Shown here: piece after piece, positions 1-13,339 of the stretch | How positions within the stretch are numbered: position 1 is the stretch's first letter | Layout of the letters: the number at the start of each line of letters is the position of its first letter | Assembly (NCBI RefSeq): GCF_006345805.1 | Contig: NC_042999.1 | Location: forward strand, 64,728,001 to 64,792,000 | DNA length: 64,000 nucleotides | Reading direction: 5' to 3' | Source: Octopus sinensis | Lineage: Eukaryota | The notes under the pieces: model-generated | The model's input: the letters and a program-made list of their open reading frames with translations, nothing else | What the model was told of the DNA's origin: nothing | Database searches by the model: none | Made by a program: the position numbers and the translations under genes

Positions 1-349
1 ATTATTATTATTATTATTATTATTAAAATGTCGTTGTCATTTATATTTTTCTTCTATTTTTGAAAGCTTCCCATTTAATTAGAATTATTGAAATAAAATA
101 CTAAAATGAATGGTAATTAGAGCCAATTGTTAAAGGAATCATTTAGCAACAGTTGTTTTTTTTTTTTAAATCAGAGAAGAGCTCTGCTAAATACATACAT
201 GCAAACAATTAAATAACAAACAAACTTCGAAAAACAAAAAAGGAAAAAAAACCCAAAAAACAAAGTCACTGCAAGAAAAAAAGAACAAAACACAAAACAT
301 AAAATAAAAAGAAAAATACATTATAACTTCGTAAGTGGACATTGAAAAT

Positions 350-718
350 ACGTATATGTGTGTGTGTGTGTATGTATATTTATATATGGATGTAAAATAT
401 ATACGTATATATATATGCATATATATACATGTACATACATACAGATATATATATATATATATATATGCCTATATACATCCATATATATATATATATATAT
501 TGATGTATATATATATATATATATATACATACATACATAGAGATATATATGTGTATATATATATGCATCCATATATATATATTGTTGTATATATATGCAT
601 ATATATATACAATATATATATATATGGATGCATATATATACGCATATATATCTCTATGTATGTATGTATGTATGTATATATATATATATCTATGTATGTA
701 TGTATGTATGTATGTATG

Positions 719-752
<34 letters not shown>
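350..752. repeat. (TA)n/(TATG)n compound microsatellite
   Basis: Direct reading; explains the YI/CM-repeat ORFs at 187-811. Confidence 0.95.
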
Positions 753-754
<2 letters not shown>

Positions 755-1439
755 AGGTATGCATGCGTGTGTGTGTTTCTGAACAGACGGTGTAATGAAG
801 CAACGAACTAAAAGAGCAAGTGAGCAGCAAATCAAAGAATGACAGTAACAACAAGAATAAAACCAATGTCAGCATTACCGCCACCACCGACGACCACAAC
901 AGTAGCAACAACAACAACTACGTGCAAGGACATCACTTCCATATCTTGCAATTTGTCGAGTGGAATACCAGAAATATCCGTCTTCTCCAGACTTGCTCTT
1001 CTCCCTGTCCGCACTCAACCTTCCCACGTCACCGCAAAATTTACAGACAAGCCTTTTATAGAGATGACAGCGTCTTGACAGCGCGATCTCAACATTCTAA
1101 GGAAGTAGCTATGCCAACACTATTTTAATAATCTAGAAATTTTGTTCTACGTCAAGAGACTTAAAATAGCACCTACCAAACATGTTTGCTTTCTTAATGA
1201 GCAACACCAAAGACCATCGAAAGCAAAAATAACACGGAGGATAAAGACGGCCGAAATGCCGCTAAGCATTTTTCCCGGCGTGCTAACGATTCGGACAAAC
1301 AATAACTACACCACATTCACCGATAGCAACATCAACAACAGTAGCCAAGACGACGGAAGCAAAAGCAAAAAGAAAATCGCATCAACAGCGACGATAACAG
1401 GATTATGAATAACAAACCAACACTAAATTCTTCCTAATT

Positions 1440-2335
1440 TTGTCATTAGAGTGGTAATTTTGCGGGGACTGGAATATCAATTATATCGACCCCAAATACT
1501 CAGCTGGCACTTACTTTATCGATCCCGAACGGATGAAAGGCAAAGTCGGCCTCAGCGGTATTTGAACTCAAAACTTAAAGAACGCCAAGAAATGCCGCTA
1601 CGCATTTTGTCTGACGCGTGAACTATTCTACCAGCTCACCGCCTTACTACTACCGCCGCCGCCGCTGCTGCTGCTGCAGCTGCTGCCACCACCACTACTA
1701 CTACTACAGGCGCAAGGCCTGAAATTTTGTGGGAGGGAGTTAGTCGATTGCATTGACCTCAGTGTTTGAGTGGCACCCATTTTATAGACCTTGAAAGAAT
1801 GAACGGTGAAGTCGACTTCAGCGAAATATGAAACCGGGAGAAATGCTGCCAAGCATTGTGTCTGGTGCTGTAACGATTCTGCTAGCTCACCGCCGACTAA
1901 GAATAAATAACAACAAAAGCAAAACAACCAGCAACAACTATATAACAAATAATTATAAGCAACGATGAAAAGAGTAATACACAATAAAAATTGACAATAA
2001 ATAATGTAAAGGAAAGTAAATGGAAAAGTCAAAGAGCACTTTTGTGATCAAAGAATGTCAATGAACGAAACAAGCGTAGAAAGCAAATGAAGAGAGGAAG
2101 AGGAAGGAGGAGAGATAGAAATTCAGTAATTAGCGATGACAAATTTTGGCAGAAGTCTAGCAATTTTAAGGGAGATAATTAGGCAATGACGTTAATAGCA
2201 GTGTTCAATTAGTGTTTATTTTATGGAATCCGAAGGTCAAAGGTAAAGTCAACTTTGAACCTAAAACGTAAAGAATCGGAAGAAATGTCGCTAAGCATTT
2301 TGTCCGACTCTCTAACGATTCTTGAAGCTCACTGT
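1440..2335 (-). mobile_element. Three old, diverged copies of tRNA-derived SINE family A (about 1440-1646, 1712-1895, 2145-2335)
   Basis: Reverse complements of family A motifs (e.g. GGATGAAAGGCAAAGTCG, TTTGAACTC, AAGCATTT, CCAGCTCACCGCC). Confidence 0.75.
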
Positions 2336-2446
2336 CTTGAATTAGGTAATTAATAATAAAATACAAATAATTGCGTGATACTCCAACATGGCTATATTTG
2401 AAATTACTCACTCTAGTAAAGTTATAAATATTTTGTTTCTTCGAAG

Positions 2447-2790
2447 GTGGTGAGGTGGCAGAATAGTTAGCACGCCGGACCAAATGCTTAGCGGTATTTC
2501 GTCTGTCGTTACGTTGTGAGTTCAAATTCCGCCGAATCGATTTTGCCTTTCATCCTTTCGGGGTCGATAAATTAAGTACCAGTTACGCACTGGGGTCGAT
2601 GTAAACAACTTAATACCTATGTCTGTCTTTGTTTGTCCTCTCTATGTTTAGCCCGTTGTGGGTAATAAAGAAATATGTATTTCGTCTGCCGCTACGTTCT
2701 GAGTTCAAATTCCGCCGAGGTCGACTTTGCCTTTCATCGTTTCAGGGCCGATAAATTAAGTGCCAGTTACGCACTGGGGTCAATGTAATC
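2447..2790 (+). mobile_element. SINE family A dimer (full head plus head-truncated second unit)
   Basis: A-box-like TGGCAGAATAG, B-box GAGTTCAAATTCC, body GCCTTTCATCCTTTCGGGGTCGATAAATTAAGTACC, tail AAAGAAATA joined to GTATTTCGTCTGCC at 2677. Confidence 0.9.
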
Positions 2791-2959
2791 GAAAACTAGT
2801 GGAAAAAACAGAGGCAATTTCTCTCAAATTGGAGACATGGTTCCGATTTTTCTCAGATTGGAGACATGGTTTGGCACAGATGGGACATCGCTAAAAGGTG
2901 GTTATCTTTCAGTGTGCGTATCTTTTGTCTTCTATCTTTTATTTGTTTTATTAAATAAA

Positions 2960-4282
2960 ATGCAGCCATGCTGTGGTACTGCCTTGAAGAATTTATAGTC
3001 GAATGAATCGGCCCCGGTTCTTCTCTTTTTTGTTAAGCCTGGTACTTATTCAATCGGTTTCTTTTGCTGGACCGTTGGGTTACGGAGAAGTAAACACACC
3101 AACACCGGCTTTCAAGCGGATGATGGGGATCAAACACAGACACAAAGACACACATACACATCAAAATAATTATATATACCGAGCAAACTCGGTTCTCGAA
3201 CTTCTCATATCTCAAAGAAATCGGTTTTCGAACAGAAAATTCGAGATGAAAATGCCTCGGTTATTGAATAAAATTTCGGTTCTCGAGCGGCGTTGCCGAA
3301 CCGAGCCGTACCGAGTTAACCCCAATAGATTCATTTCTGAGTCGAAGCGCGTGTTATACACATTCGTGTGTTGTGCTGTGCTTTTTCTTTTCCAAGAAAG
3401 GTAAAGGAAAAGAAAAATTGAGAGAAAAACAATTGAAGGGAAGAAAGAAATCATTTCAAAACAGACAAATGGCGTTCGTGTGTCAGATGTCGCTGTGCAG
3501 TACGATATGCCTAAACGGACAATCTAAGAAATAAGGAAGTGATAAGAGCAGCTGATGTTGCAAAAGGAGTGACTGACTGTTATTAATAAACAAAGATTTA
3601 AGATACTCAAAGAAGTGGAAACGTTATGGCTTATTTTTATAAATGAAAAACTGTTAGCAGGTGACAGTATCAGTGAAGCATTTATTAATGAGCAAAGCAT
3701 TAGAAATTTATAATGATCTAGTAAAGAAAACCTCTGGTATAAGTGCTAAATGTGATACTTTTGAAATCAAAGCTTGTAGAGGCTGGTTCGAGAAATTTAA
3801 GAAGAGAAGTGAAATACACAGTGTAATTAGGCATGGAGAGGTGGTGAGCTAAAACAAGGAAGCGGCTGAGAAATTTGTGTTTGAGTTTAGTGACTTGATA
3901 AAGGAAGGAGGTTATCTTCCCCAACATGTGTTTAACGGAGATGAAACAGGATTATTTTGGAAATGAATACCAAATACGATCTATATTACTAAGGAGGAAC
4001 AAGTGTTGCCAAGGCGCAAGCCAATGAAAAATAGATTCACTCTTTTGCTATGCGGCAACGCAAGTGGCGATTCCAAGGTCAAGCCATTGTTTGTTTACCA
4101 TACCGATAATCCGAGGGTTTTCAAAAGAAACAATGTTATGACGAGTAAATTGCCTGTTATGTGGCAAGAAAGGAATTAATCTATTTTATATTAATTGTAA
4201 TGGGAAAAAATGATTCGATTCTCGAACAATTCGGTTTTAGAAAAGACTTTCAGAACAAATTATGGTCGAGAACCGAGTTTGC

Positions 4283-4345
<63 letters not shown>

Positions 4346-4505
4346 GACGGGTTTCTTTCAATTTCTGTCTAGAAAACTCACAAAGCTTCTATTATAACCC
4401 AAGGTTATAATAGGAGACACTTGCCCAAGTTGCCATACAGTGGGACTGAACGCAGAACCATGTGGTTGGGAAGCAAGTGTTTTACTACACAGACACGTCT
4501 GCACT
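2960..4505 (-). mobile_element. SINE family B copy split by a Tigger insertion (3' half about 2960-3170, 5' half about 4340-4505)
   Basis: Both flanks match the reverse complement of the full copy at 52083-52535; they are separated at the internal microsatellite. Confidence 0.8.
3179..4286 (+). mobile_element. Internally deleted Tigger/pogo DNA transposon with decayed transposase
   Basis: TIRs C(C/A)GAGCAAACTCGGTTCTCGA at both ends, flanked by TA. Frameshifted peptide with CENP-B-like HTH (KACRGWFEKFKKR) and DDE start (VFNGDETGLFWK, RFTLLLCGNASG). Confidence 0.9.
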
Positions 4506-5009
4506 TGTTCATTACTTTAACATTCGTGTTTATCTGACATTATCTTTCGACAGATAGTCATTGTGTTGTGACAGTGAGAAGTACCTTCAATTATATGAAT
4601 TTGCTCTTCAATTGAATCTCACCGATGGTAAAAGAGTAGAAAAAAAAATAAATGCAAACAGAAAAAAAAAATGAAATGAAATGAAATATCGCTTAGTAAA
4701 GTAAGACAGAGCTTTTACGATTAACTCAGTGCTAGCTACCCGACACTACCTACTCTGCCTATTGTCTTATATACATATATAGACATATATATGTTTCCGT
4801 ACATATATACATACATTTGTGTTTGTGTGTGTGTGTAATGCCTCTGTATCCAATTTTGAGTTATGTAAGAATGTCATCAAGTAGATTGATAACTCGCTCT
4901 GATGTCTATCAATTTCTTTGTATAACTTGTCAGTTATATGAACTGTGCAGTAATTAGCTATCAAATAAACAAACACACAGCCATCTCTTTTGCCCTCTTC
5001 TTCTTTCTG

Positions 5010-5100
5010 TGTATGTATGTATGTATGTATGTATGTATGTATGTATGTATGTATGTGTATATCTATCTATCTCTCTATCTATATCTGCCTGTCTGTTTGT
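5010..5100. repeat. (TATG)n/(TATC)n microsatellite
   Basis: Direct reading. Confidence 0.9.
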
Positions 5101-6225
5101 CTAGCTGCCTGTATGTATATGTAGGTATCAGTTTGTGAAAATGTGTGTATTATATAACACAGATCGAATGAAGATGACTAATATAGATGACTTAATATGT
5201 AAGCAAAACATCTCTCAGACAATGTAATATCATCATCAGATTACATTCTCTCACATAGACTACGCATAACCGGTTTCCTCTGAAATGTTCATCTCCAATT
5301 ATCTTCTAACCTACACGAAATTTAATTTTTATTCTTGTCTCACAAAAGAAAACAATTTGCGTAATATGATTTGATGTTTGACTCATCTGCTAATCGGCAG
5401 CAGACATTTTCTTCTTTGGAAATTGTACTGTAAATCTGATAGTCTTATTATAGTAATTTATACTGGCAAAAATACTAATTCTAATGTGGCGTTTTCTTTT
5501 TTCACCTTTTAATATAATAATACGTTTTAGGACGTTGTAGGTTATCGTTCTTTATTTTTGAAAAAATGATTTGTGTATTTTGTTTTTCTTCTTAAACTTC
5601 TCGTGCTAAACATACAGCTGATAAGGTTTCTTGCGCTGAAGTTTGATTAGAGACAATGAACAATAATATTTCTTATAATATATTAATATTTGTTTTGCTA
5701 TTTTTATTTATTCTTTGGCAATTTCGTAGCTGACAGATTGTTTTAATCACGTGATTCAGTAGAGTAGGTTTGAATTGAGGTAGAAAGGAGAAGAGATGAG
5801 AACGGTTGAGAGGAGATGCTTCGTTGATAGTAATTGGTTTCAAGAAACGAAGATGTATAATTCTTTTATTGAAAATCATTTTTAGCATGGAAAGAAAGGT
5901 CATTGATCAATAATATGAATTAAAAAAGACGCAAAAAGATAGAAAAGCAAGCAAAAAAAGAGAAAAGAACGTAAATTCGTTCTCTAACTGTCAGTGCTAA
6001 GAAACAATCTCAAGACATTGACGTACATAATACGGAGAAAAGAAAATAATTCTGATGTTGAAGTAATATAAATGAAAGAATGATGTACGCAAATCTAAAC
6101 TAATATTGTCGCTATGTGTTTGTATATACCGAATTTAAGCATGAGGTGTGTACGCGCTGTATAGTTCGTCTAAAATACAAAAAGTAAAATACAAAAATAA
6201 GCAGTATTCTATAAGAAAGCTGAAG

Positions 6226-6718
6226 GCGGCGAGCTGGCAGAAACGTTAGCACGCCGGGCGAAAAACTTGGCGGTATTTTATCTGCCGCTACGTTCTGAGT
6301 TCAAATTCCGCCGATGTCGACTTTGCCTTTCATCCTTTCGGGGTCGATAAATTAAGTACCAGTTACGCACTGGGTTCGATATAATCGACTTAATCCGTTT
6401 GTCTGTCCTTGTTTGTCCTCTCTGTATTTAACCCCCTGAGGGTAGTAAAGAAATAAGTATTTCGTCTGCCGCTACGTTCTGAGTTCAAATTCCTCCGAGG
6501 TCAACTTCGCCTTTCATCCTTTCGGTGACGATTAAATAAATACCAGTTACGCCCTGGGGTTGATATAATCGTCTTAATCGTTTGTCTGTCCTTGTTTGTC
6601 CTCTCTGTATTTAGCCCCCTGTGGGTAGTAAAGAAATAGGTATTTCGTCTGCCGTTACGTTCTGAGTTCAAATTCCGCCAAGGTTGACTTTGCCTTTCAT
6701 CTTTTCGGGGTCGATAAA
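6226..6718 (+). mobile_element. SINE family A trimer (head plus two head-truncated units, 183-bp period)
   Basis: GGCGGCGAGCTGGCAGAAACG head; units 2 and 3 begin GTATTTCGTCTGCC at 6457 and 6640. Confidence 0.92.
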
Positions 6719-6874
6719 ATACATCGATCTCAGTACTTATCTCATACCATGTTTTATCGGCGCTGGAGGGATTAAAGGCAAAATTGATCCCGCTGAATTT
6801 AAGCTCAGAAGTCGGAAGAAATGTCAGAAAGTCTTCTAACGATTCTGCCATGTCACCACTTCAATTATAACTTC

Positions 6875-7060
6875 TCTTTTACTTTTCTTTTACTTGTTTC
6901 AGTAATTTGACTGTGGCCATGTCGGAGCAGCGTCTCTAGTTGAACAAATCGACCCCAGGACTTATTCTTTGTAAGCCTAGTACTTATTCTATCGGTCTGT
7001 TTTGCCGAAGCGCTAAGTTACGGGATCGTAAACACACCAGCATCGATGGTGGATGGTCAA
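6875..7060 (-). mobile_element. SINE family B, 3' half
   Basis: CTTTTACTTGTTTCAGT...GACCCCAGGACTTATTCTTTGTAAGCCTAGTACTTATTCTATCGGTC. Confidence 0.85.
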
Positions 7061-7121
7061 CACACACACACACACAAACAAACACAAACACACACACACA
7101 CAACACACACACACACACACA

Positions 7122-7155
<34 letters not shown>

Positions 7156-7278
7156 TATCTTGTTGTATTTGGGGATGGTCATGTTGCCAGTTTAGCCAAT
7201 AAAAACACACGTACTATAGATATTTGGTGTTAATTTGCTTCAGTTATATTTTATATTTTTTTACATTAATTGTATTTC

Positions 7279-7322
7279 GGTCAGAGTTCTTTCGTCACGT
7301 TTCCGTGACGTCATCAGTGGTC
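7279..7322 (-). ncRNA. Degenerate type I hammerhead ribozyme motif
   Basis: Minus strand GACCA-CUGAUGA-C-GUCACG(GAAA)CGUGAC-GAAA-G(AA)C-UC-UGACC. Core and 6-bp stem II are intact; stem I has only 2 bp. Confidence 0.55.
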
Positions 7323-7383
7323 TTTTGCTTTCTTCTTTCTTATTTGTGAGTGTCTTTCCTTACGAACGATCAGCCATTTTTCT

Positions 7384-7384
<1 letters not shown>

Positions 7385-7430
<46 letters not shown>

Positions 7431-7465
7431 ATAATAATAATAATAATAATAATAATCATAATAAT
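7385..7465. repeat. (ACT)n(AAT)n trinucleotide microsatellite
   Basis: Direct reading. Confidence 0.95.
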
Positions 7466-7569
7466 TTCAACAATACAATTTCTGTGTTCTCAGCTATTTT
7501 GCTTTGTTTCAATAAAGGGAAAGAAAGAAAAATATGCAACAAGAATAATGATTTTTGATTTGAATGTAT

Positions 7570-7690
7570 AGTTGTCATTATTGATCTTTATGTCCCAGAT
7601 CAGCACTGATTGATCTCTCCTTTGATCAGTGGCATTCTAAGCATGACAATTCTGTTTTATCAAGCATATAGAACCATATTATCCAATAAG
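7570..7690. repeat. Unclassified diverged interspersed repeat (related segments near 32110-32250, 38370-38415, 54595-54630)
   Basis: Shared motif approximating TTTAGCCCCAGGTCAGC..TGATC followed by similar sequence. Confidence 0.4.
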
Positions 7691-7984
7691 TTCTTATAAT
7701 TGACTCGACAGAAGTATATCAATTTTTTCCATCGTTCCCATCGGATAAAGTTATTAAACAAGTGCTAATGATTCTTTAAGTCCCAGTTATAGAGCCTGCT
7801 TATCTATATATTTGTACTAATTCATAATTTCAAACAGATGCGCTTAAACGATGTGTCCCTCAATGCTTTATCTTTCCCAGTTTCCTCTTTTACACACACA
7901 TACAAGCTTCGACGGATAAATTGTCGCCATTTTACATTTTTAATTTTGTGCATGCGCTTATTTGTTTTTGATTTTGTCGACTAT

Positions 7985-8552
7985 ACAGTATAGTAGGGTC
8001 AGTTGGACACCGTCTGTAAGAAAAACAATGCCATGACGCAGTTGACTCTGCCAGAAATTTGGAGACGACATGCTGTACTGCTTAGCATTCCGGCCAGAAG
8101 CTCCAACACGAATAACTGTCAGCTCGCTGTGACCCTAAAACATGTACTGAGAGTGATAAAAATCAAACATCCAGTCAATATCATGGTCCTTGGAGTGATC
8201 ACTAGTGACAGCGTCGTTATGCCTCCATTCACCTTTCCACACGGCCGCCTCACACTCAGCACGGAAGCCTACATCAAGTGCCTAGAGGAGGTAGTACTGC
8301 TCTGGGTCAAGAGGGTGTCTGCTGAGAGACCCTATGTCTAGCAACAGGACTCTACATTATGCCACGTAAGCAGAAGAACCCAGTCATGGAAGTCAGACAA
8401 TATCAGCGACCACATCTGCCTACATCTAACATCTGCCTACCTAACTCCTCAGATTGTAACCCACTTCATTAATATATGAGGGGCACAGTTGAGCGAGAGA
8501 CCAACAAAACACCTTGTAACACCAAAGATGAACTGAAAGCAAAGATTATGGT
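7985..8552 (+). mobile_element. Decayed Tc1/mariner-superfamily (maT/DD37D-like) transposase fragment
   Basis: KHPVNIMVLGVITSDSVVMPPF...AYIKCLEEVVL.WVKRV...RPYV*QQDS and downstream PNSSDCNP/ERETNKTPCNTKDELKAKIM match the DDD catalytic region. Confidence 0.85.
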
Positions 8553-8713
8553 TGTAGTAATATTGAAGTAGGGGAATGAAAACAGACGTGAGATATGCCG
8601 GGATATTGCATGTACAGTTCCATTATTTACGCAGACTGGTATACATATAAGTTTCCTGTACCTTGTGTGTAAGTTCCAATAGAATAACTATTGCTTAACC
8701 ATTTTCTCACACC

Positions 8714-8761
8714 GTCTCTGATGAAGGGATATATAAAATATTCCGGAAACAGCTGTAAGAC
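8714..8761 (+). ncRNA. Minimal type I hammerhead ribozyme, within an island about 8553-8826 ending in (TA)n
   Basis: GUCU-CUGAUGA-A-GGGAUAU(AUAAA)AUAUUCC-G-GAAA-C(AGCU)G-UA/AGAC. Stem I 4 bp, stem II 7 bp, palindromic stem III; predicted cleavage after 8757. Confidence 0.8.
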
Positions 8762-8822
8762 CTTTTCTTTATAAATGAATGTTCTGAAATCGTTCACAGC
8801 CTCGTATTTTTATCTCATTCTG

Positions 8823-8857
<35 letters not shown>

Positions 8858-8859
<2 letters not shown>

Positions 8860-9374
8860 TAGCAGTATCGCCCGGCGTTGCTCGGGTTTGTAAGGGAAAT
8901 AACTATATAAGCATTTTTAGAGAGTTACTTCCCTTATAGATGCCAATTCGGGCTTTCTTAGCCAGTTCTGTTTTGGTGTCTTCAAGCCATGAAGTCGTTG
9001 TTCTAAAAGAACGCTGGTCTCCTTGACAACGCATTACGACGCTGATTTCCTTACACTCCCTTCCCCACAGCTTCATGAGAGAGGGAAGAAGGGGGAGAAG
9101 CAAACACAGGTGCAGGTGTTTGAGCGTGGACGCCAACTCCGCCGCCATCGACACACGAAAAATTATGCATTAAAATGGAATAAAAAATGATGTTAAATTA
9201 TTTTTAAAATCGTAGACTCATCGTAGACGCGCGTTAATAGCCAGACGGGCTCGATATTAATCACGACTATAAGATACCCGAATTTGGTTAAACTGCACCG
9301 CAAAATGTGGGAGTAGTTAGGAATCTAAATCGAAGGGGACAGACACTCACACAACTACAGTTTTATATATATAG

Positions 9375-9376
<2 letters not shown>
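8858..9376. mobile_element. Non-autonomous Helitron/Helentron-like element (HINE-like)
   Basis: Begins ACTAGCAGTATCGCCCGGCGTTGCTCGGG (subterminal hairpin) and ends ...ACAGACACTCACACAACTACAGTTTTATATATATAGAT, end motifs typical of such elements as recalled. Confidence 0.6.
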
Positions 9377-9410
<34 letters not shown>

Positions 9411-9419
9411 GCGTGCGTG

Positions 9420-9460
<41 letters not shown>

Positions 9461-12400
9461 GTGTGTGTTTGTGTACTCATGTGTGTCTGTGATGACGCAC
9501 TATTATGAATTACATTACGTGTTTCTCTGATTACACATCAGTTCAACCTTTTCTTAGCAGAGTAGTTTCAGTACATGAAACTGTATTTATTGAACAAAAT
9601 ATTCAACAAGGACTGGTCAATAGCAAGGGTGTCCTCAGCCATAGTGAAACAGAAATTATTAATATCAATAGAGCAGATAAAGAATATGTTAAATTTAAAA
9701 ATTAAAATGAATGTTCTGAAATTCATTCAAATTGGTTCCTAATATATATAGACATCTATTCTGATAATTTAATAAGTATTATATTGATTACTTCATTAAA
9801 AAAATTAATCAAATGCCTGAAAGGGAAACCTGCCAAACAAAAATTCTATTTCTCCCGCAGTGAAATAGATTAATCTATTATGTTTTATTATCAAATCACT
9901 TACCGTTTGATTATCTGGTCTGGCCTGAGATCAATCAACAAACACTGAAAGAGTAAAGTAAAAATATATTTCAACTTAGAATGAACAAGCAGACGGGATA
10001 ATAGCATGGACTCGTACATGTCTTCACACGATCATGAAAATTATTTTCACAATAAATTAATAATTGACTTGCCTTACTAAATCTTCTTATTTATGTCGAC
10101 TGCAATAAGTATTTTCTGCACCAAAGACAATATTCCGTTTATTTCAGAGAATAGGGAATTAAAGAAAAGGAATTTAATGGAAAGAGGCCGAGCTATTGAA
10201 GTTAGACGTTAAATGTACTCCAAGAATAATTAGGGATAAGGGACACTAGAAGGATTAATCGATTTCTTACTTCAGGATCTAGTATTTTTTTTAATCCTGA
10301 AAAGTGAGTGTGTATATAGAGAGTAATGTTCATTGAATTTAACTTGTATTTAACGACATATCAGCGGTGCTTATTCTGTCAACAGCAGTGTTTTGAAATA
10401 CAAAGCTAAGTCTGAGATAACTGGAGAGGAACGGAACTAATTAAAATAATATAGCTATTTCAGCTCTCTACTACCGGATTAAGCATTCACACCCCTGTGT
10501 CTTTCACCTCCAGGGATTCATCAAACTAATATTTACGTAGTGTCAAAATATTCTAAAGATAGAAGATTTATCTTCTTCGTAATTATTCCGAAACGATCCA
10601 GCACTTATTTTCCTCCCAAGAAAAGATGACTAAAGATCTTCACACAAAATATCACACTCATATCAACTGTGATATAATCCTTAATGTTGATTTGATTTCG
10701 AGACACATCATGCAGTTACCAATGGGTTGACCCAATCAATTATTTTATCTTTATTACTATTTTGACTTTAGTGTTTCCGATATTTTTTAATAATGATTAT
10801 TTCATTTGCGTCTATATTGTTATGGTGAAACCTGTTGTGAGCAACAGAATGCATCCTGGCTACTGATTCGTTAGAAGCTGTACAATTAGTACATATCTTC
10901 ATATTAAGTAATTAAATAGGATAAGATAATGATATTAATTGGAAATGCATTTCCCTTCCTTCAGAATGCATATCTATAGTGAAACAAGATTGTGTTTATC
11001 ACGTAAACGTCTAATTAATGCATTATAAATTAAGTACTTGTGAGAAAACTTGGCAGCTGTCCCAATCATTCCCATCAGAATTATATTAATGCAAGTAGGA
11101 GATAAACACCAAAACGAACATGCACGCATGCACTCTTTCACAGACCATTATTTCTTTTACATAACTAAGATGGTGGATTAGCAGAAACGTTGTGAGTTCT
11201 AATCCCACCCAGAATGACTTTTATTTTCATCCCGCCAGAATCTATGAAATAAGCTCCAGTCATATACTGAAGTCGATTCAATCCAATGTAATCCAACTAC
11301 AAACATTTAATCAAATACCAATGCCGTAAGAAATCTGTATTGATGTTCATTTCAAATAAATTTCTATTCCATTCCGCTTTCTGTTTGAAATATTGCATTC
11401 AAACTATGCATGAGTTCGAATTATAACGCTATCATTGCACTTCTAAAATATATTTAAGATTAATAGACGAAATACTAAACGGATTATTTGGAAAATAATA
11501 ACCTGTGCATAGGGTTTAATGCCGTATTTATTCTATCAATAAAGCTAAGTTGACTTCTACAAGGCACTTTTCAAAGTTCTTTTATTCCGTATTAAATTCT
11601 TACACTATAACGAGAGTGTTTTCGGTGGGATTATTACGTTTGTTACATTCTCAAGGAAACACGTCATATTTTAAGAAAAGGATTATGATTTATGGCATTT
11701 GTAAAAGTATTAGAGACAAAAATCGAAAATGCTTTACAGAATTCAATCGAGAAGGGCTTACATCTTATTTGACGGTGCTCGTCTTCGTTTATCTCTATAT
11801 TGAATATTAAAGAATCTTAGGACTTGATAAAGCAATTGTTTTTGAAAGGAACCTCCTCCGCCATTTCAATTAATTCACATATATGTACGTTACATATGTT
11901 CACAGCACCAAACTTCTTGAAAAGTAACTGGTTTTATGTCAGCGTAGTAAACATTGATGCCGAAGACTTACTATAGAAAGTAGTGGATAACATAGATATT
12001 GGTGAATTCTATAAATATTAGTGAATACTAGAGACATAGACCAGTTATATACGAGTAGAGATGAGATGAGATTCAATAGAGTTTTAGAGAGAGAAGAGTC
12101 TCTACAGAAACAAGTGAGTAATATAAAGACGATTCCAACAGTGACAAAATGGGAAGATGAATACCCGAAATTGAGAACAGAGGTGAGTATTATGTATTAC
12201 TGTGTGAATATACAGAATAGTAACAGCGCAGTATTTTCTTCGTCTGTCTGTCTCTTTCACTTTCGCTCCTTCTCCCTCCCCTCTCTCGCTTTCTCTCTCT
12301 CTTCCCTCTCTCTATATATACATATATACAAACTCACACACATATGAGAGAGAGAGAGAGAGGGTGAGAAAGAGAGAAAGGGGAAGAGAGAGAGAGAAAG

Positions 12401-12644
12401 AGAGAAAGTGAGAGAGATTTTATATATAATTTATATTATGTATATTGTATGTATAAGAATTTGTGTGTGCGTGTGCGCATGTGCAATTTGTTTCCATGTA
12501 TGCCGATTCTGTAGCTTCATGGATATATGAATGCGTATAGTTAGTCTTTGACACTTTATAGATGACATTCAAACCATAACTGATAATATCCCGGGAGTGT
12601 ATTTTGCGCAATGATATATATATATATATATGTATCTATATATA

Positions 12645-12876
12645 CAGTAATCCCACGTCGTATCGCGGTTCACCTATCGCGGTTCACCTATCGAGATTAT
12701 TATTTAAGCTTACGTCAATTCATCAGTGGTGTTGCTTTGTATTTATAAAAAATAAATATAATATAAATTATAAAATGATAAAAAATATACAGTACACTAC
12801 TGTTTCTATTCCGCGGATTTTCACCTACCGCAGAGGGTTTTGGCCCGTAACACCCTCGGTAGTCGACGGATTACTG
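12645..12876. mobile_element. Tigger-type MITE (about 232 bp)
   Basis: TIRs CAGTAATCC...GGATTACTG; TA on the left, CA on the right; internal ATCGCGGTTCACCT duplication. Confidence 0.75.
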
Positions 12877-12878
12877 CA

Positions 12879-13185
<307 letters not shown>

Positions 13186-13307
13186 TTAAAACTGAAGGAC
13201 ACTGCTTCTGTGATACTGAGAAGGGAATATATTAAAAAAATGATAATTAACTGATCCTCTTGCATTTTCTTCTACCCAAGCCAGGACATTTTCAGCATAC
13301 CCGCGTA

Positions 13308-13339
<32 letters not shown>

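Noticed and set aside
187-811. Numerous 60-260 aa ORFs rich in YI, CV, HT, LS or ER (also 18635-19216, 25239-25554, 40947-41500, 52865-53494, 59448-60589)
   Set aside because: They are translations of di- and tetranucleotide microsatellites with no stop codons, not genes.
2821-2872. Short direct repeats (TCTCA.ATTGGAGACATGGTT twice; also 15768-15800 and 29196-29227)
   Set aside because: Simple local slippage duplications with no further structure.
6226-6718. Regularly spaced repeats suggesting CRISPR or satellite
   Set aside because: The units are whole SINE bodies with no unique spacers; eukaryotic context with no cas genes.
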